Assembly (NCBI RefSeq): GCF_008831285.2
Contig: NC_045138.2
Location: forward strand, 27,528,001 to 27,592,000
Length of the DNA: 64,000 bases
From: Nymphaea colorata
Lineage: Eukaryota
Direction: 5' to 3'
Below, one piece after another: positions 28,501 through 42,183 of this stretch. Numbering within the stretch: position 1 is the first letter of the stretch; every line of letters starts with the position of its first letter. Both the position numbers and the translations under genes were made by a program. The notes below the pieces were generated by a model. The model was given only the letters and a program-made list of their open reading frames with translations. It had not been told where the DNA came from and made no database searches.

Positions 28501-29321
28501 CCATGTAAATGAGTTGGTTGTTTCATCTGATTTTGATCACCAAGTTGACCCAGTCAGCTCGATTTAGCTAAGTGAGCCCTACCAAAATTAGCCTCAAGTA
28601 TGGTCTAAATATTGATATTTTGGAAAAAATTTATTCATTTACATGTTGGTGCTTCTTAAAAATTTAAAATTTCTTCAAACAATGTCCAACAATGCAGTAT
28701 TGGATTTAAGATCATCTGACTCTTTGCGTTTGTGAACGCATTTTATCCACGTATCGCTAGGTCTGGATTGAGGTTTTGAAACTTCCACGTACATGCTCAA
28801 GCAATGTTGCAACGTGAAACATTCATCAAGAAAGTTTGCTTTATCATTTTCTAATATTATTTCTAAAGAACCTTAAGTAGAAAGGATTGTTTCACAAAAA
28901 ATATGCTCAACTTTTAGATGAACAATAAAACTGTGGTTGTGTTAGTATATAATATATATATATATATGTGTGTGTGCTGAAATCTTTTGATTGTCCGTAT
29001 GTTATGGATGCTCCGGTCTGCCATACATGAACACTGGCTTATTTTTATATATCCAGGCACCGGTTTTATATACATTTATATATGTATTTGAAATCTGCCG
29101 GCTGCTCAAAATTTCTGCCAGTTGAGATTCCCTCAACGTCTGGGTCCGGACACTGACTCGACCCATCGCTAACCAGTACACCTGAGTTTCCTTCCACGGC
29201 CGGGTCCGGACACTCTTTCTGAGTAAGAACCCGACCCATCGCTAAGCAGTAGAGAACCGCGTACAGATGGAGTCGCCTCCTGGTGAAGGCCACCTTCCGA
29301 CTGACCAGAGGAAAATTTCAG

Positions 29322-32086
29322 GTCTCCCTCTCTCTGTCTCTGTCTCTCTCTCGTATGCTTTATTTTGGCCATGAATTTTCCGGTTATTTACGCATTGTGT
29401 CTCTTCTGATTTGTACTTTTTCGGCTGTGAGTTTAGTCGATGATCGAGGGAAGTCCTAATTGGTGAGATTCATGTGAGAAATTGGTACTTGGTTGCTATA
29501 GAGGCTGTAGAATCTTGAACTACGATTGTCTTATTGCGTTCTGCGAATGAACTGAACGTTGTCTTTTGAAGATTTGGGACTGGTGGATTCCTTTTAGGAT
29601 GTTGAGTTGCTGACATGATGTTTCGGGCTTACTTCTCCATCCGAAATGGGGATAAGTTGGTAACTGTGCCGCTGGCGAGAACGTGATTTGTCAACTTATC
29701 GCACTTTTCTGCACAGTTTTGTGTGCGTGTGTGTTTTGAGGTCTCTGGTCAGGCTAGGTCTTGTGTTCGTTATGAAGCGTGTTACTCAAACAGAAATTTT
29801 TCTATATAGGGACCTAGGGAAAATGGTCTTTACTGAGATTTTTGTTTATGGAATTTGATTTTAGGCTAGAATTTTACTTTGAAGCATGCATCTTGATGTA
29901 AGTTTATTCTGAAAGGAATAGACAGGCTAAGGTGTTTGGCACGGACTAATTGGCAAGTCATTTTGTCAGATACTTTGTTTTCACCGCAGAAAATCCTAGA
30001 GCGTTAGTTCAAGGTGAGAATTGGGAAATGCAATTCAGTTGATGCAAAATATTCAAGATCCCCACGTAGTGGATATCTTGTTTACAAGTTAAAGCTGAAG
30101 GCTTGATACGTAAAGGCTAATCTGCTAGATATATTGGTTGCACTACCCTATCCTCACCAATTTTGGACCCCTCATTCTCACTGTGAAATTATGATCTTCA
30201 AGAATATGACTTTTTGTGTTAGTATAACCAGCACGGACATCCCTGAAGCAGTGTTTTGACGTTGTTTTCACTTTTCTGAAACGCACGGGGTACCTTTCTG
30301 AAGCTGGTAGCAGGACTATCACATAGTCATTATCAGTTTTTGTCATACAGGTTGGGAAGAATGAAGTTTTCACTACTGAAGAATGTTCCTTAGATTTGAT
30401 TTTTCTTTTTTTTCTTTTTTTTTTTTTTTTACTTGTTGCCTTTGATGTTGTTGGTTTTCTTTTTTAGTTGGTTGGATGGGATCCTCAATTTTTTTTTCTA
30501 CTGGATTCTCATATTCAGCTTAGTTGCTTCTCTTGTGTATTCTGGGTCTTCAGTATGTTAGGTAGCTTATTTTCTTGTCTTTGCTATGCTTATCTTTACA
30601 CTTACGTAGTTCTTCATCCGGTTGTACGTAAATAGTTTTGTTCCTTTCAAGGCTTGAAATAGCTGTTTTTCTGCCAAAAAGCACATTTGCCTCACTTTGT
30701 CTGGTTAGAGGTTTAAAGGTTACTTTTTCCATGATATAGTAGGTTATGGGATAGACTTCTGCTTCCCTTTTCCTTGATATACAAGTCCCTATGAGAATGT
30801 TTGATACCTGCATAACACTGGATTCCAAGGGGCATGCATCACCTTTCCGCTGAAAGGTGAGGCCGATGCTATGAATCAGGTAATGGATGTTGAATGCATG
30901 GAATGCATAATTCCATGCATTTTGAACCAAGCTAATCATGCATTCTTCTATTTTTGGCAGAACATGTTGGAACAGAGCATGGCAGCAATAGCTGGCCTGT
31001 GGGTTGGAGATCCAATAGTCCTGGAATGCCAATAAACGGGGTTCAAACACAACCTATATGCAGCTGTAGTTGAATCATGGCAAGCTGTATAGATTAGGGG
31101 TTTGTCCTCTCAAAGCAGTAGTTATAGTGTACAAAATCCAGTGTTAAACCCCAAATATATGTATGCTTGAAAGACATGCCAATGGTTCTAGATGGATGGC
31201 GGATGAAGTACATTATCGTCTACCTCCAGCTGGCCTGTGGGTTGGAGTTCGGATAGTCCTGGAATACCAGTAATGGATTTCTAACGTAACCTATATGCAG
31301 CTGCAGTTGAATCATAGCAAGCAAGCTCTATTGTTTAGGGGTTTGTCCTCTCAAAACAGTAGTTGTATGTAGTGTAAAAAATCCACTATTACTTCCCAAA
31401 TATATGGATGCTTGAAAGACGTGCTAGTGGTTCTAGATGGATGGCTGATGAAGTACGTTAGTGCCTGCCTCCAGTGCAATACTGAAAATTGACAATTATC
31501 TTCAGTTGTTGGAGTGGGTCTGTGGTGGTTTTCAAAATCATGATATAAATGTTTTCGTAAGATGGTTGCCCCAGCATGATACTGCCAACTTTTAGAGGAA
31601 CTTGCAAAGATAAAAATATCTCTTACATTACTTGAGCAACTTTTGGTAGGAATAACCTTATTCAATAGCCACAATTCTAGTTGCAAGTCATCAACATCAG
31701 ACTTTTCCCGTGGCTCCAGATTCCCAAAATAATCAAGTGAGGGACCAAGGTAACAGCATAAAAAGACTTGCTATGGACCTTGGACAAGAAAGAGCATGGT
31801 TTACCGAGTGAGATTGTGACTTGTGAAGCATGTCATGGACTCATGGTCTATTTTTAGTCCATGAGAATTGTTTGTTCCAGCATCCAATGGTGCATGCACC
31901 GCAAGAGATATCCTCTTTGCTACTTGTTAAAGAACTTCAAAATTTTACTATGTGGCTTATCCAAGCTGTTTTGTTGCTTACTTCGGCAAAAATGGCCTTA
32001 TAAAAGCTCATATCATAATGGGTTCTGTCTTTCGTAAATAGGCGCTGTTTTGACTGTTTTGAAGTTTGATGTTTTTGTATTTTCAG
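29322..32086 (+). other. Probable ~2.8-kb 5'-UTR intron of the COA3-like gene
   Basis: A GC-rich leader at ~29100-29321 ends in CAG|GTCTCC, followed by a CT-rich then T-rich intron-like stretch. The acceptor TTTCAG at 32086 is 31 nt before the ATG. Inferred only; no transcript data. Confidence 0.5.
30990..31474 (+). repeat. Diverged tandem duplication (2 x ~240 bp) in the COA3-like 5'-UTR intron
   Basis: Both copies run AGCTGGCCTGTGGGTTGGAG...AACCTATATGCAGCTG...GGGGTTTGTCCTCTCAAAA...GGTTCTAGATGGATGGC.GATGAAGTAC...CCTCCAG (30990-31229 and 31228-31474). Confidence 0.9.
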
Positions 32087-32117
32087 CCTTTCACTTGCTT
32101 GGCAGAATACATCAGCT

Positions 32118-32306
32118 ATGTCGGGGTTTTCTAGCTTGGCACCAAAAATGAAAAACCTTATTGTTGCTGGAGGCTTGACTGGATTTGTCACGGGAGTATA
32201 TTTTTACACCATGAGAGCTGTAGGTGGCACAGATGAGTTGCAGATGGCAATCGACAAATTTGAGGAGCAGAAGAATAAAGTTGAAGTTGATGCTCAAAAG
32301 TCATGA
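32118..32306 (+). CDS. Small single-pass membrane protein, COA3/CCDC56-like (putative cytochrome c oxidase assembly factor), 62 aa
   Basis: MSGFSSLAPKMKNLIVAGGLTGFVTGVYFYTMRAVGGTDELQMAIDKFEEQK...: KN followed by a hydrophobic TM segment and YTMRAV, then an acidic coiled-coil-like tail. This matches my recollection of the conserved plant small-protein family resembling COA3. A strong splice acceptor (TTTTTGTATTTTCAG, ends 32086) lies just upstream. Confidence 0.8.
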   Translation: MSGFSSLAPKMKNLIVAGGLTGFVTGVYFYTMRAVGGTDELQMAIDKFEEQKNKVEVDAQKS

Positions 32307-34919
32307 ATCTTTCTTTGGCAATAAGATGGGACATATTTGATGCCTCTTGTAATGCTTTACTGTACTGTATAGTTGGCAAGGTCAGCTGAGTTCACAAATA
32401 AAACTGAAAACTGGTTTTGGTCATATGAGCCAGTTGGCAAATGCACAGCTGAGGCTTTAGAATCCCCCTGGATATTTGCTCTGACTTGAGCAGCTGCTGA
32501 ATTAATCAGAGGCTTCTTTTTGTGGCCTCATACTGCAGTGTTCCTGATCCTTGGGCAAATGTTCTGTCACAGGATGATATCGTACATGAACAATTTCAGA
32601 CTTCCTCATTGGCCGGTGCCTTGACAACTGACCTGATCTTTTTAATTTGGATGTACTCCCACCAAATATACGTGGACCTCTGATGGGAAGTGGGGGAACC
32701 CATGCTTGTTGAGATATCTGTATTCCGTAAGCCTACTTGGTTACTATGGATCCTGCACTGCATTTTAGCTTGGTTGGATTTCTCAATGTTTTAGTTCCAG
32801 TTTTCTCGATGCATGCTTAACTTCACATCTTTGATTGCATCTTTTTCGCGAGGCTCAATCTTGCCATGGACTACATAATGTGACAATTGGCTGCATCATG
32901 AGGAAGCCTGGATAGTGCTTCTCATTCAGCATTCCTTGTTTGTTTTTATGAGGATCCTTAAATTTATGTTGCTTGATGCGGCTTTTCCATTCTGAAATTG
33001 ATGTTCTTGCTGAATCATGGGTCTATTGATTATGTTAGGCGTGCTCTCACTAGTGTTCTGCTTATTGGTTACAATGGTGGGTTAATATTGAGTAGTTTTA
33101 CAGTCGACCATTGTTAGACAAGCTTAATCTGAAAATTTCCTCTCAAATCAATCAATGCAGCAAAAGGTGAGTCTTGAGTGATTGAGTGGTGAGCATATCA
33201 TAGACCAAATCTTCCCCTTGGCTTGTTTTGAGCATGGTTTGTCCTTTAAGGGTGTGTTTGTTTACCTCAAATTGTTTTTGCTGCTCACAGAAGGTTTACG
33301 CTAAAATTTGTGGTTCATTTAAACTAAAAATCTTGTCATATTTAAAAGCTACACTTGGGATTCTCATTTTACTTTTTTACATTGGCAAAAGGTCTGATAA
33401 GTTCATATATGAAAGGCTAACCTGCATTTCTCATTAAGTCATGCCAATTGTATTTAGGAAATCTGTTTCAGGTGGTCATAAACATCTGCTTTATCATTCC
33501 TTAGGAACATGGAGATCTCCCGATGTCTATAAATAATAGAACATGAGACAGATTTCCTAAGTACAATTACATTATGAAGTTTTCCCCCTGAGTCAGAAGA
33601 CACGGACTATGAAGTTTTCAATTTTCAACTCCTACCATTCTGATATCAAATCAGGTGTAAGCAATGTTGTTAAATGTTACGAGCCGAAGCTTAAACTTTA
33701 GGGCAAAAAAAGTGAATTATATATAACATGAAGAGCAGGACACAAATGAAGACAAAAATTAAAATTCCTAAGCAATTACATTATTGAAATCCTGGCTGAT
33801 ACAATGGAACAAAAACTGCATTGAAACCCAATCTACTTAATTAAATTTTTATAAAAACCAAAGCAAACTTTACTAGCGAAGACCTAAGAAGCTGCATTTA
33901 CATAAGGAATCAAGACACCAAGGCAAGTAACATGTATGCTGTATTCAAGCATAACAAAAAAGGATAATAACCTGCACTAAAAACAACTAAGACCATGCTA
34001 AAAACGAGATCAAGCCGCTAAAAAACTCAATAACAACTCACAATGATTTTTTGGATTGGGGGTTTAGTCTATTGGGTAGACCCAACAAGTATTTATATAT
34101 AGGGTCAAGGTCAGATTTGGGTCATCCTCATTCCGCTTGGTAGTTGCAAAACTTGCCTTTCTCCCTTACGCATATATCCACTTGGGCAGAACTTCTTTTA
34201 TTTTTATGTCCCTCTGTGGCATGCTTTTATTTTTCTTATATTGTTCACATTTTTTGTTCAGAAGCCTACGCTTCGCAATGCTTTGTCTCACTTCACTAGC
34301 TTAACGCTTCAACGTGAGTATTTAGTGACGGTTTACAGTATGGTGCTTCTTATAACATATGTTTTGCTTTCAACATCTAGACTTTCTGGTCCTTCTTTTC
34401 AACATGCATGCTCATGTGACAGCTAGTGTGAAGGCATTTTGGCACCCAGATGTTATTCACTCAGCATTTTGTTCCTGTTTATTGTATGGTTTGCCATTCA
34501 TTTCTCTTGGATGTGCCCCATTTTAATGAATTTGTTTCTGCTTTTTTATTTGTTCTTTAAATTCATCACTTTTTTCTTTTTCTTTCTTAACAATTCATCA
34601 TGTTAGATTGAATGACCTTGGTTACATGATTGGGTGACGTTGAAAAACTGAAGTCATATATATATGTGTATATATATATATATATAAATGCACGTGTGTG
34701 CATGTGATATCAAAACAACAAAGGAAAAACAAAAATATGGGATGCTGTGCATCTTATGCGCAACCAAGTTTGAGATTTTATAATCTAAGTTGTGTCCGAT
34801 CCAATCCAACGATGTGGATAGGTTTCACCGTGTTTGAAAGTCTATAACTCCCGGCTCTCTATTTGTGTTTTTTGACAGCTAAAAAGGAAAAACTTTGGTT
34901 ATTAATTTTGTACACTCGT

Positions 34920-35120
34920 TTCAAGAGGCATGGTGCAACTGGGCAGCAAAGCAACTCACATTTAAAGAGTTCTAAGTTTGAATTTCGTGGTCGTTATCAT
35001 GCTCGAATGTGTTACTTTTTTTAGTTGTAAACGATGGCAGATACCACACCAGAATTGAGAAATGTACCATAAGTTTACTCAAGTAACGAAGTAAACCAAA
35101 AACTTTCTAGCTTGGAGGTT
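34920..35120 (+). mobile_element. Degenerate tRNA-derived SINE-like element
   Basis: A-box-like TGGTGCAACTGG, B-box-like AGTTTGAATTTC, then GTAAACGATGGCAG, which resembles the body motif of the 3612 and 16335 copies. Confidence 0.4.
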
Positions 35121-35254
35121 TTACTTTAATGGCAGGTTCTCCTAAATAAACAAGCTATTGTAACTCATGCGGTCAACCACTTACAAATAAATAAATAAAT
35201 GTTAATTCCAACCTGAGTTCGCATCAACGACTTTACACAAATAAATATATATAA

Positions 35255-36113
35255 TCTCCTATATATATAATGTGTAAAGCCGACCTATGTTTTAGGCTGG
35301 TCCATCTATGCGTTGCTTTAAATTTAGAACTTCAGGTAATGCTTTTATAAAACCGACCACTCGGGCGAAACATACGTATCTGAAAGCTCAACAATCAACA
35401 TAAAAGTCATTTCACCTTTTTAATAGTGTCTAGAAACTGCCATATATATATAATACCTTATCTGCATATCTATAAAATATTATTACTTTAATGGATATAT
35501 ATATATATAATAGTAAAAATAACTAGTTTAATATATATTTCTCACTAACCTCATTCTTAAAAACATATCTGTACGATTAGACTATAATATATATATATAT
35601 ATATATATGTATTAGTAATTAATTTTAATGGTATGGTATTTACCAGTTTTTCCTATATATATATATATGTGTGTGTAAAACAGTTAAATGCTGTGTGTCG
35701 AATCGCTAAATTTAAAAAAATTATTGGAAAAAACAGTGGGTAGATTCACATTATAACGGCTTATATTGTGGCGATAGTTTACAAATGTTTTATCCATTAT
35801 TTATGGTCATTTTAACGATGAATTTTAAAATTGCTTCATCCAGCCATGGGCAGTGTTGACTTTCCATATACATATACTGAAATCTGCCGGCTATCTTTAT
35901 TGTTTCTTTGATGGTTTTTTTATTTTCTGTCACGAAAAACACTAAAAATCATTGTTAGATGCCTTGAAAAACAGCGAATCAAACAAAAACCATGGCTAAT
36001 ACACATTTTTAAGACAGTCTTTTGGGATGTAATAATAAATATCTATCCGGCAACTAAAAGTAGCTGGCAGATTTCAACCTCTCTTTTTTCTCTCTCTCTC
36101 TCTCTCTCTCTCT

Positions 36114-36148
<35 letters not shown>

Positions 36149-36432
36149 TAGAGAGAGAGAGAGAGAGAGAGATATTGATAAATATTAGACTACTTGGGTA
36201 AGTGATAAAAACCGGGCCTCTTAAATTTGAGCTAAAATGTGCTTCAAACAAAATGTGAACTTCATGATGTGTTGATAAACACTAATTTTATATAAATCAG
36301 ATTTTGGTTTATATTATTATTTTTTAAATATTTATCATTTCTACCATCACAACTTTTATGTTATACTTGATCACTTTACCCTGACTGTTCATATAATGTG
36401 AAATGAAATATTAAATAGTTAGAACTTTTATG

Positions 36433-36515
<83 letters not shown>

Positions 36516-36875
36516 TTGGTAAAAACTTGACCACTTGGGTAGATCCTGGCATATTAAAATTAATTATTAAAACAATTTTTTTGTGCAATCTAGCCTCATA
36601 GATATGATCTTAAGAGTAACTTATTGAGAAACATATATTAACATATACTTCTTTTTGCAATGATTGAAAAATGAACTGCTTTTATAACATGAAAGTTGTG
36701 ATGGTAGAAATGATAAATATTTAAAAAATAATAATATAAACCAAAATCTGATTTATATAAAATTAGTGTTTATCAACACATCATGAAGTTCACATTTTGT
36801 TTGAAGCACATTTTAGCTCAAATTTAAGAGGCCCGGTTTTTATCACTTACCCAAGTAGTCTAATATTTATCAATA

Positions 36876-36922
<47 letters not shown>

Positions 36923-37973
36923 CTAGAGAGAGAGAGAGAGAGAGATAGAAAAGAGGTTGAAATCTGCCAGCTACTTTTAGTTGCCGGATAGATATTTATT
37001 ATTACATCCCAAAAGACTGTCTTAAAAATGTGTATTAGCCAATATATATATATATATATATATGCTATGATGCAAATAAAATAAAATAAAAAAACTAAAG
37101 TTGCTACCGTATATCTAATAGCTCCAAAAGACGGCGCAAAATAATTGGTGAGAAGAGATCAGCGGTTCACGTCCTTTTCATAGTGAGCAGGAATGAAGCA
37201 ATGGTCTCGCTTTTTACAAAAATTGGCGTTCGGGTCCAAGTTAATTGCTAGCTCCTTAGAAATGTACGCCTGCACGAATTAAATCTTAACTTATTTAGGA
37301 GCCGTGATCATGTTAGTTTTTACAAAAATAAATCCAATTTCTATATGTATCTGAATAATATCTATGTATGTCCGAATCTAAATCCGAATATGATTGAATG
37401 TCATTTCTTATCTCATAATCCGACCTGATTGCTTAAATCAGATACATTGACATTATTGGTTAAACTGTTTGCATCTATGAATAGTTTCATCACGTTCCTT
37501 GGAATAAAGACATAGTGCTTAAAGCACTTGTATCAAAAGTATAATGCTTCTCTCCTCAAATGCCATATTAAAGACACAACTACTTTTTTTTTTTTTTAAC
37601 GAGTAGTTACATCTTGTTGCCATATAAACGACTTATATGGTCGTTTATAGTTACCTAATAGCTAAGTTATTCGAAGCGATGATTAACTAAAAACAAGCAC
37701 AATGCGTAAATACCAGAAAACTCATAGAAAGGGACTTCTAAATTGTAATAAGAATAATCATCACATAGAAGGAAAAGTTAAAAAAATCATATATCGATGA
37801 TGCGATTGCTTAAAGTTTTGCTTATTAATTGTTATATAACAAATTACAAGTAAGCAAATTGCATATAGATCTTAACATCTTAAGCCTCAAGGAAATATTA
37901 TTTTTTTTACTTTTAAACACACACACATATATATATATATATGTGTGTGTGTGCGCACGCACTGAAAAACTAG
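35255..37973 (+). mobile_element. Candidate non-autonomous Helitron
   Basis: The 3' end has a short hairpin GTGTGTGC-GCACGCAC, a 7-nt spacer, then CTAG|T (37970-37974). The candidate 5' end is A|TCTCCTATATATATAA at 35255. The interior is very AT-rich. The 5' boundary is uncertain. Confidence 0.4.
35993..37041. repeat. Long, near-perfect inverted repeat (arms ~35993-36365 and ~36683-37041, 317-bp spacer)
   Basis: Left arm TGGCTAATACACATTTTTAAGACAG...CATCACAACTTTTATGTTATA is the reverse complement of right arm TATAACATGAAAGTTGTGATG...CTGTCTTAAAAATGTGTATTAGCCA. Differences are mostly microsatellite length. The ORF track shows the same spurious peptide on both strands. Confidence 0.95.
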
Positions 37974-38933
37974 TAGGTAACTCTTAGATGCTATATGAAG
38001 AATGAACAATCTTAGCACTTTATCTTATGCAAATCAATATAATGAAAAAAATGTATGAACTAATATTAGACAAATGCCTCATACTTTTTTCTTTTTCTTT
38101 ATTCTTAACCAATAATATTAAAAAATAAAGGCCAAAGTTGTTCCTTCATCAGTCTAACCTGTGTGCGTAGCTTATGTGCCATGCTTCGAAGTGGTAGCTC
38201 TAGGTGCACACAAGTACTCAAAGAACAAAAAAATAAAATTAAAAAAATACCATTTTAATAATTTAATAATTAACTAGAAAAATAGGACGACATGTCAATA
38301 ACATTCGGAAAAATGTGGGGGAAAAGAATAGTGGAAATCCATGTTCGTCCTAATTGCCGGCGTCTCGACAAAGCATTCGACGATTCAAGAATGACATCTT
38401 AACCACCATAAACTCCAAATTAAATGTGATGACTACAGTTTATACCCTGTTTGCCTTTTTTTTAATGACATTACAAACGCGGCGTACTTTTACTCCGGAG
38501 TTCAAATCTGTCGGATGTCTAATATTGTCTAGTGTTAAATATTAAATTCCGTCGCCCTTGATTATGAACAATGGTTTATGATGTCATGATGGTTCATGAT
38601 GTATTTAACGATAATTTATATGGTTCTAACTCTTTCATGCAATTCGGTTCGTGTGTGCAATTGCCCACACCACCGCACAAAATTTACTGTATTTTCATAT
38701 TGATGCCTTTTTCATTTTTTTTTACATATTAGTGCCCCTTAAAAACTTAAAATTTAAATTTTTATTTTTTTTAATGCCCTTTAATCAGAAATTTCGGACT
38801 TCACCACTAGACCTAATCCATAGAAAATCTAATTCTGTGTGTGAAAAGCCCGCGGCCAAGGGCCCGCTACTTTGGACATTTCTTTGTTTGTTTCTCGCAC
38901 CACGATTACGCATGTTCAATGTGCAAAGACTGT

Positions 38934-39515
<582 letters not shown>

Positions 39516-42046
39516 CTCTCAAATCTTTGGATTTGGAAAAGAGAAATTTTGATGATAATCTGTCATTTCAAAGATCGATGATAGATTTGGTAGGAATTGG
39601 CCCCAAATCAACGTCAACAGGAAACGCCATTGAACTTTGGACCCACAAACACAAGCCCAGAAAAATTTTCAAGTCGGTCCTATGGTGGTTGATGATCATG
39701 GATCCATCGTATTGCATTTGGCATTTGGGCCCGATATAGTCACCTTTCATATCCCACTAATTGGATTCAGATCAGACAGATCATTCATCAAACCGGTCCA
39801 TTTATCTCGAGATCCGATTCTCCCATGGAAATTGTAAACTAAATCTGGATATTAGTTAGTGAGTTGGTGATCGGATCAAATATTCTCCAACTGGATCCTG
39901 ATTAAACTGTTCAGGCATGTCTTATTAGCCGGATCTGATTGGACACCAAGGGTTTGGATTCACTACGGATGACTCTAATTTGGGTCGATACACAAATCAT
40001 TGAAAACCCGTGATTTGTACGGTTGATAGTCGAAAACCTTTCTCAGTAATTTGATCCAATTTTATACCCGGATCTGGATTCAGTTATGAACTGAAATCCT
40101 GTGCTGCCAAATGTTTGATATGGAAGATACGAAAGAGATAAGATAAATACGGATTCAAACAATACTTTTTTGCTAGTATTCTAGAAGTGGTATGTCCGCT
40201 CCTCAAAATAGGATTAGTTAGTTTTCCTTTGGATAATATCCGAGATCAGACGTGATGTATTGTTTTGTTTATCCAAATCTAATAATTCGGGTCGGATCGT
40301 GTTTGCGTTTGCAGCCCGATCCAATTTTACTCCCCGAAGCGATGACATCAATAAAGCCGAGGGTGGGCCAAGGGGACAAGTCGTGCATTAAAAAAGATCT
40401 GCCCAGGCATTTTTGTCATTAAAGTCCCACAAGGGATAGATATGGCATTTTTGTGTTTCTCATGTCCAAGTTATGTCATGCTGTTTCCTCCTCCTCATCC
40501 ACATCTCCCCTCGTTTGCAAATACATTTTGTATTTTTCGCTAATGCCCCCATCAGTCTATTTATTTTCTAAGTGGCGTCATATATTTCATTTTCTTCACT
40601 TCCGTGTCATCTATTTGTCGAATTTTAAGTAGCCAGTTTTTCTTTTCCATAAATTTCTGCTCTTTTTTGTTTAGAGTTTACTCGTTTATTTTTAAGTAAA
40701 CTTATTTTTCTAACGCACTTTCATGCCCCGTCCTTCGTTTGGAAGAATAATCAGCACTAATTTTATTCACCTGTCATTTTTTAACTATACGAAATAGTCC
40801 ATCTTTCTCACGATTTCTCTATATTTTTAACTCCATCGTTAATAAAAACCCGTAATTGTCTTCACAAATCACTTATTTCGATCCAATAATTTGTTAATAA
40901 ACAATTTTCTGCTTCTTGTGTTTTTTTTATGATTGTTGAAACTTCAATTATGACCAATATGAAATATATTTAGAAAAGGAATTAAGGACAAAAACAATAT
41001 CCATATAGGCTCAAGCATTAATTCCAGCACCCTTTTGATCCTTGAACCGAAATTTTTGGTTTAAATTGCATTTTATAAATAAAAATTCATTGGGAGTTTC
41101 TTTTCTCACATTTTGAAACCAAATGTTGCTTTTCTCTGCTAATTATGCGGAGAATTTCTCGCTCCCTACTTCGGTTAATGGAAAATGGTTCTGAAAATTT
41201 ATTTTTCAGTTATACTCAATAGAACAAAATTCAGAAGATTCATCGTTTATAAAAAAGGAGAGTTTCTGTATATTATTCCCTCATGTTTAATATACAAATT
41301 CTTAATAAAATAAATTAAAGTAAAAATATCAAATGTTTTTTTTCGAAAAAAATAAATCAGATTTGATGTGTAGCCGTCTCATCTCATCATGGGATTTTTT
41401 TTTTCGATTTTTGGAAGTTTTAAATATTTCACAAGCACTTCTTTTTATAGGAGATGTGCAGAACAAACAATTTATAACATCAATATACGGAAAAAATTCT
41501 TGAAGGTCGTTTAAATTCAGGAAGAATTCATTAAACACACATTTTCTCTCTCTGGCTTTTTGTTATTAAATTAATTTTCCTTTTTATCTTCTTCTGATTA
41601 ATTTTAAAAGCATGATTCTCCTTCAAAATTTACTGGAAAGGCGACGCTTTTTCTGAGTAAAAAGTTATCATTTTAAAGAGAAATTCCAGAATACCCCCTC
41701 TGATTTTTCCCCTCTCTCTCTCTTACTTTTTTCTCCAATAATTATTTTTCCTTTAAATTTCTTTAGTTCTTTCTTTTGTGTATTTTTTTATATTATACGG
41801 GAGAAGAAGAGAGAGAGGAACGGCTAGGGCGAGAAGAAGAGAGCGGTGGCGTTCTCGAATCTTTATTTTTTCCGTCTGCAAAGAGGAAAAAATAAGGAAA
41901 AGGGGGAAGAATTTCCGGAATCCGATTTTTTTTTTTTCTGCTTCTGCCTCGAATCATCTCCTCATCGTCGCCGATCGATCGTCTGTTTGCCCAACATCGG
42001 ACGGCCGGTCGTTGTTCGTGAATTATCCGAGCTGCTTCTCCCGCGG

Positions 42047-42171
42047 ATGACAGGCTGGCTGCATTCCCGCCGCCTCCAGCCGGAGCGCGGCTGATGATTG
42101 CCGCAGGGATCGCCAATCACGCGACGGATCTTTGGTGCCGGATGCCGTTTTTCGCCGGTGCGAGTGCTTGA
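42047..42171 (+). promoter_or_regulatory. Two overlapping upstream ORFs in the probable B55 5' UTR
   Basis: uORF1 42047-42094 (MTGWLHSRRLQPERG*) and uORF2 42094-42171 (MIAAGIANHATDLWCRMPFFAGASA*), joined by a TGATG stop/start overlap. The TSS is not known. Confidence 0.5.
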
Positions 42172-42183
42172 TTCGACCGGAGG

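Noticed and set aside
30550..31050. 166-aa minus-strand ORF
   Set aside because: Antisense within the probable COA3-like 5'-UTR intron; no domain-like features, non-ATG start.
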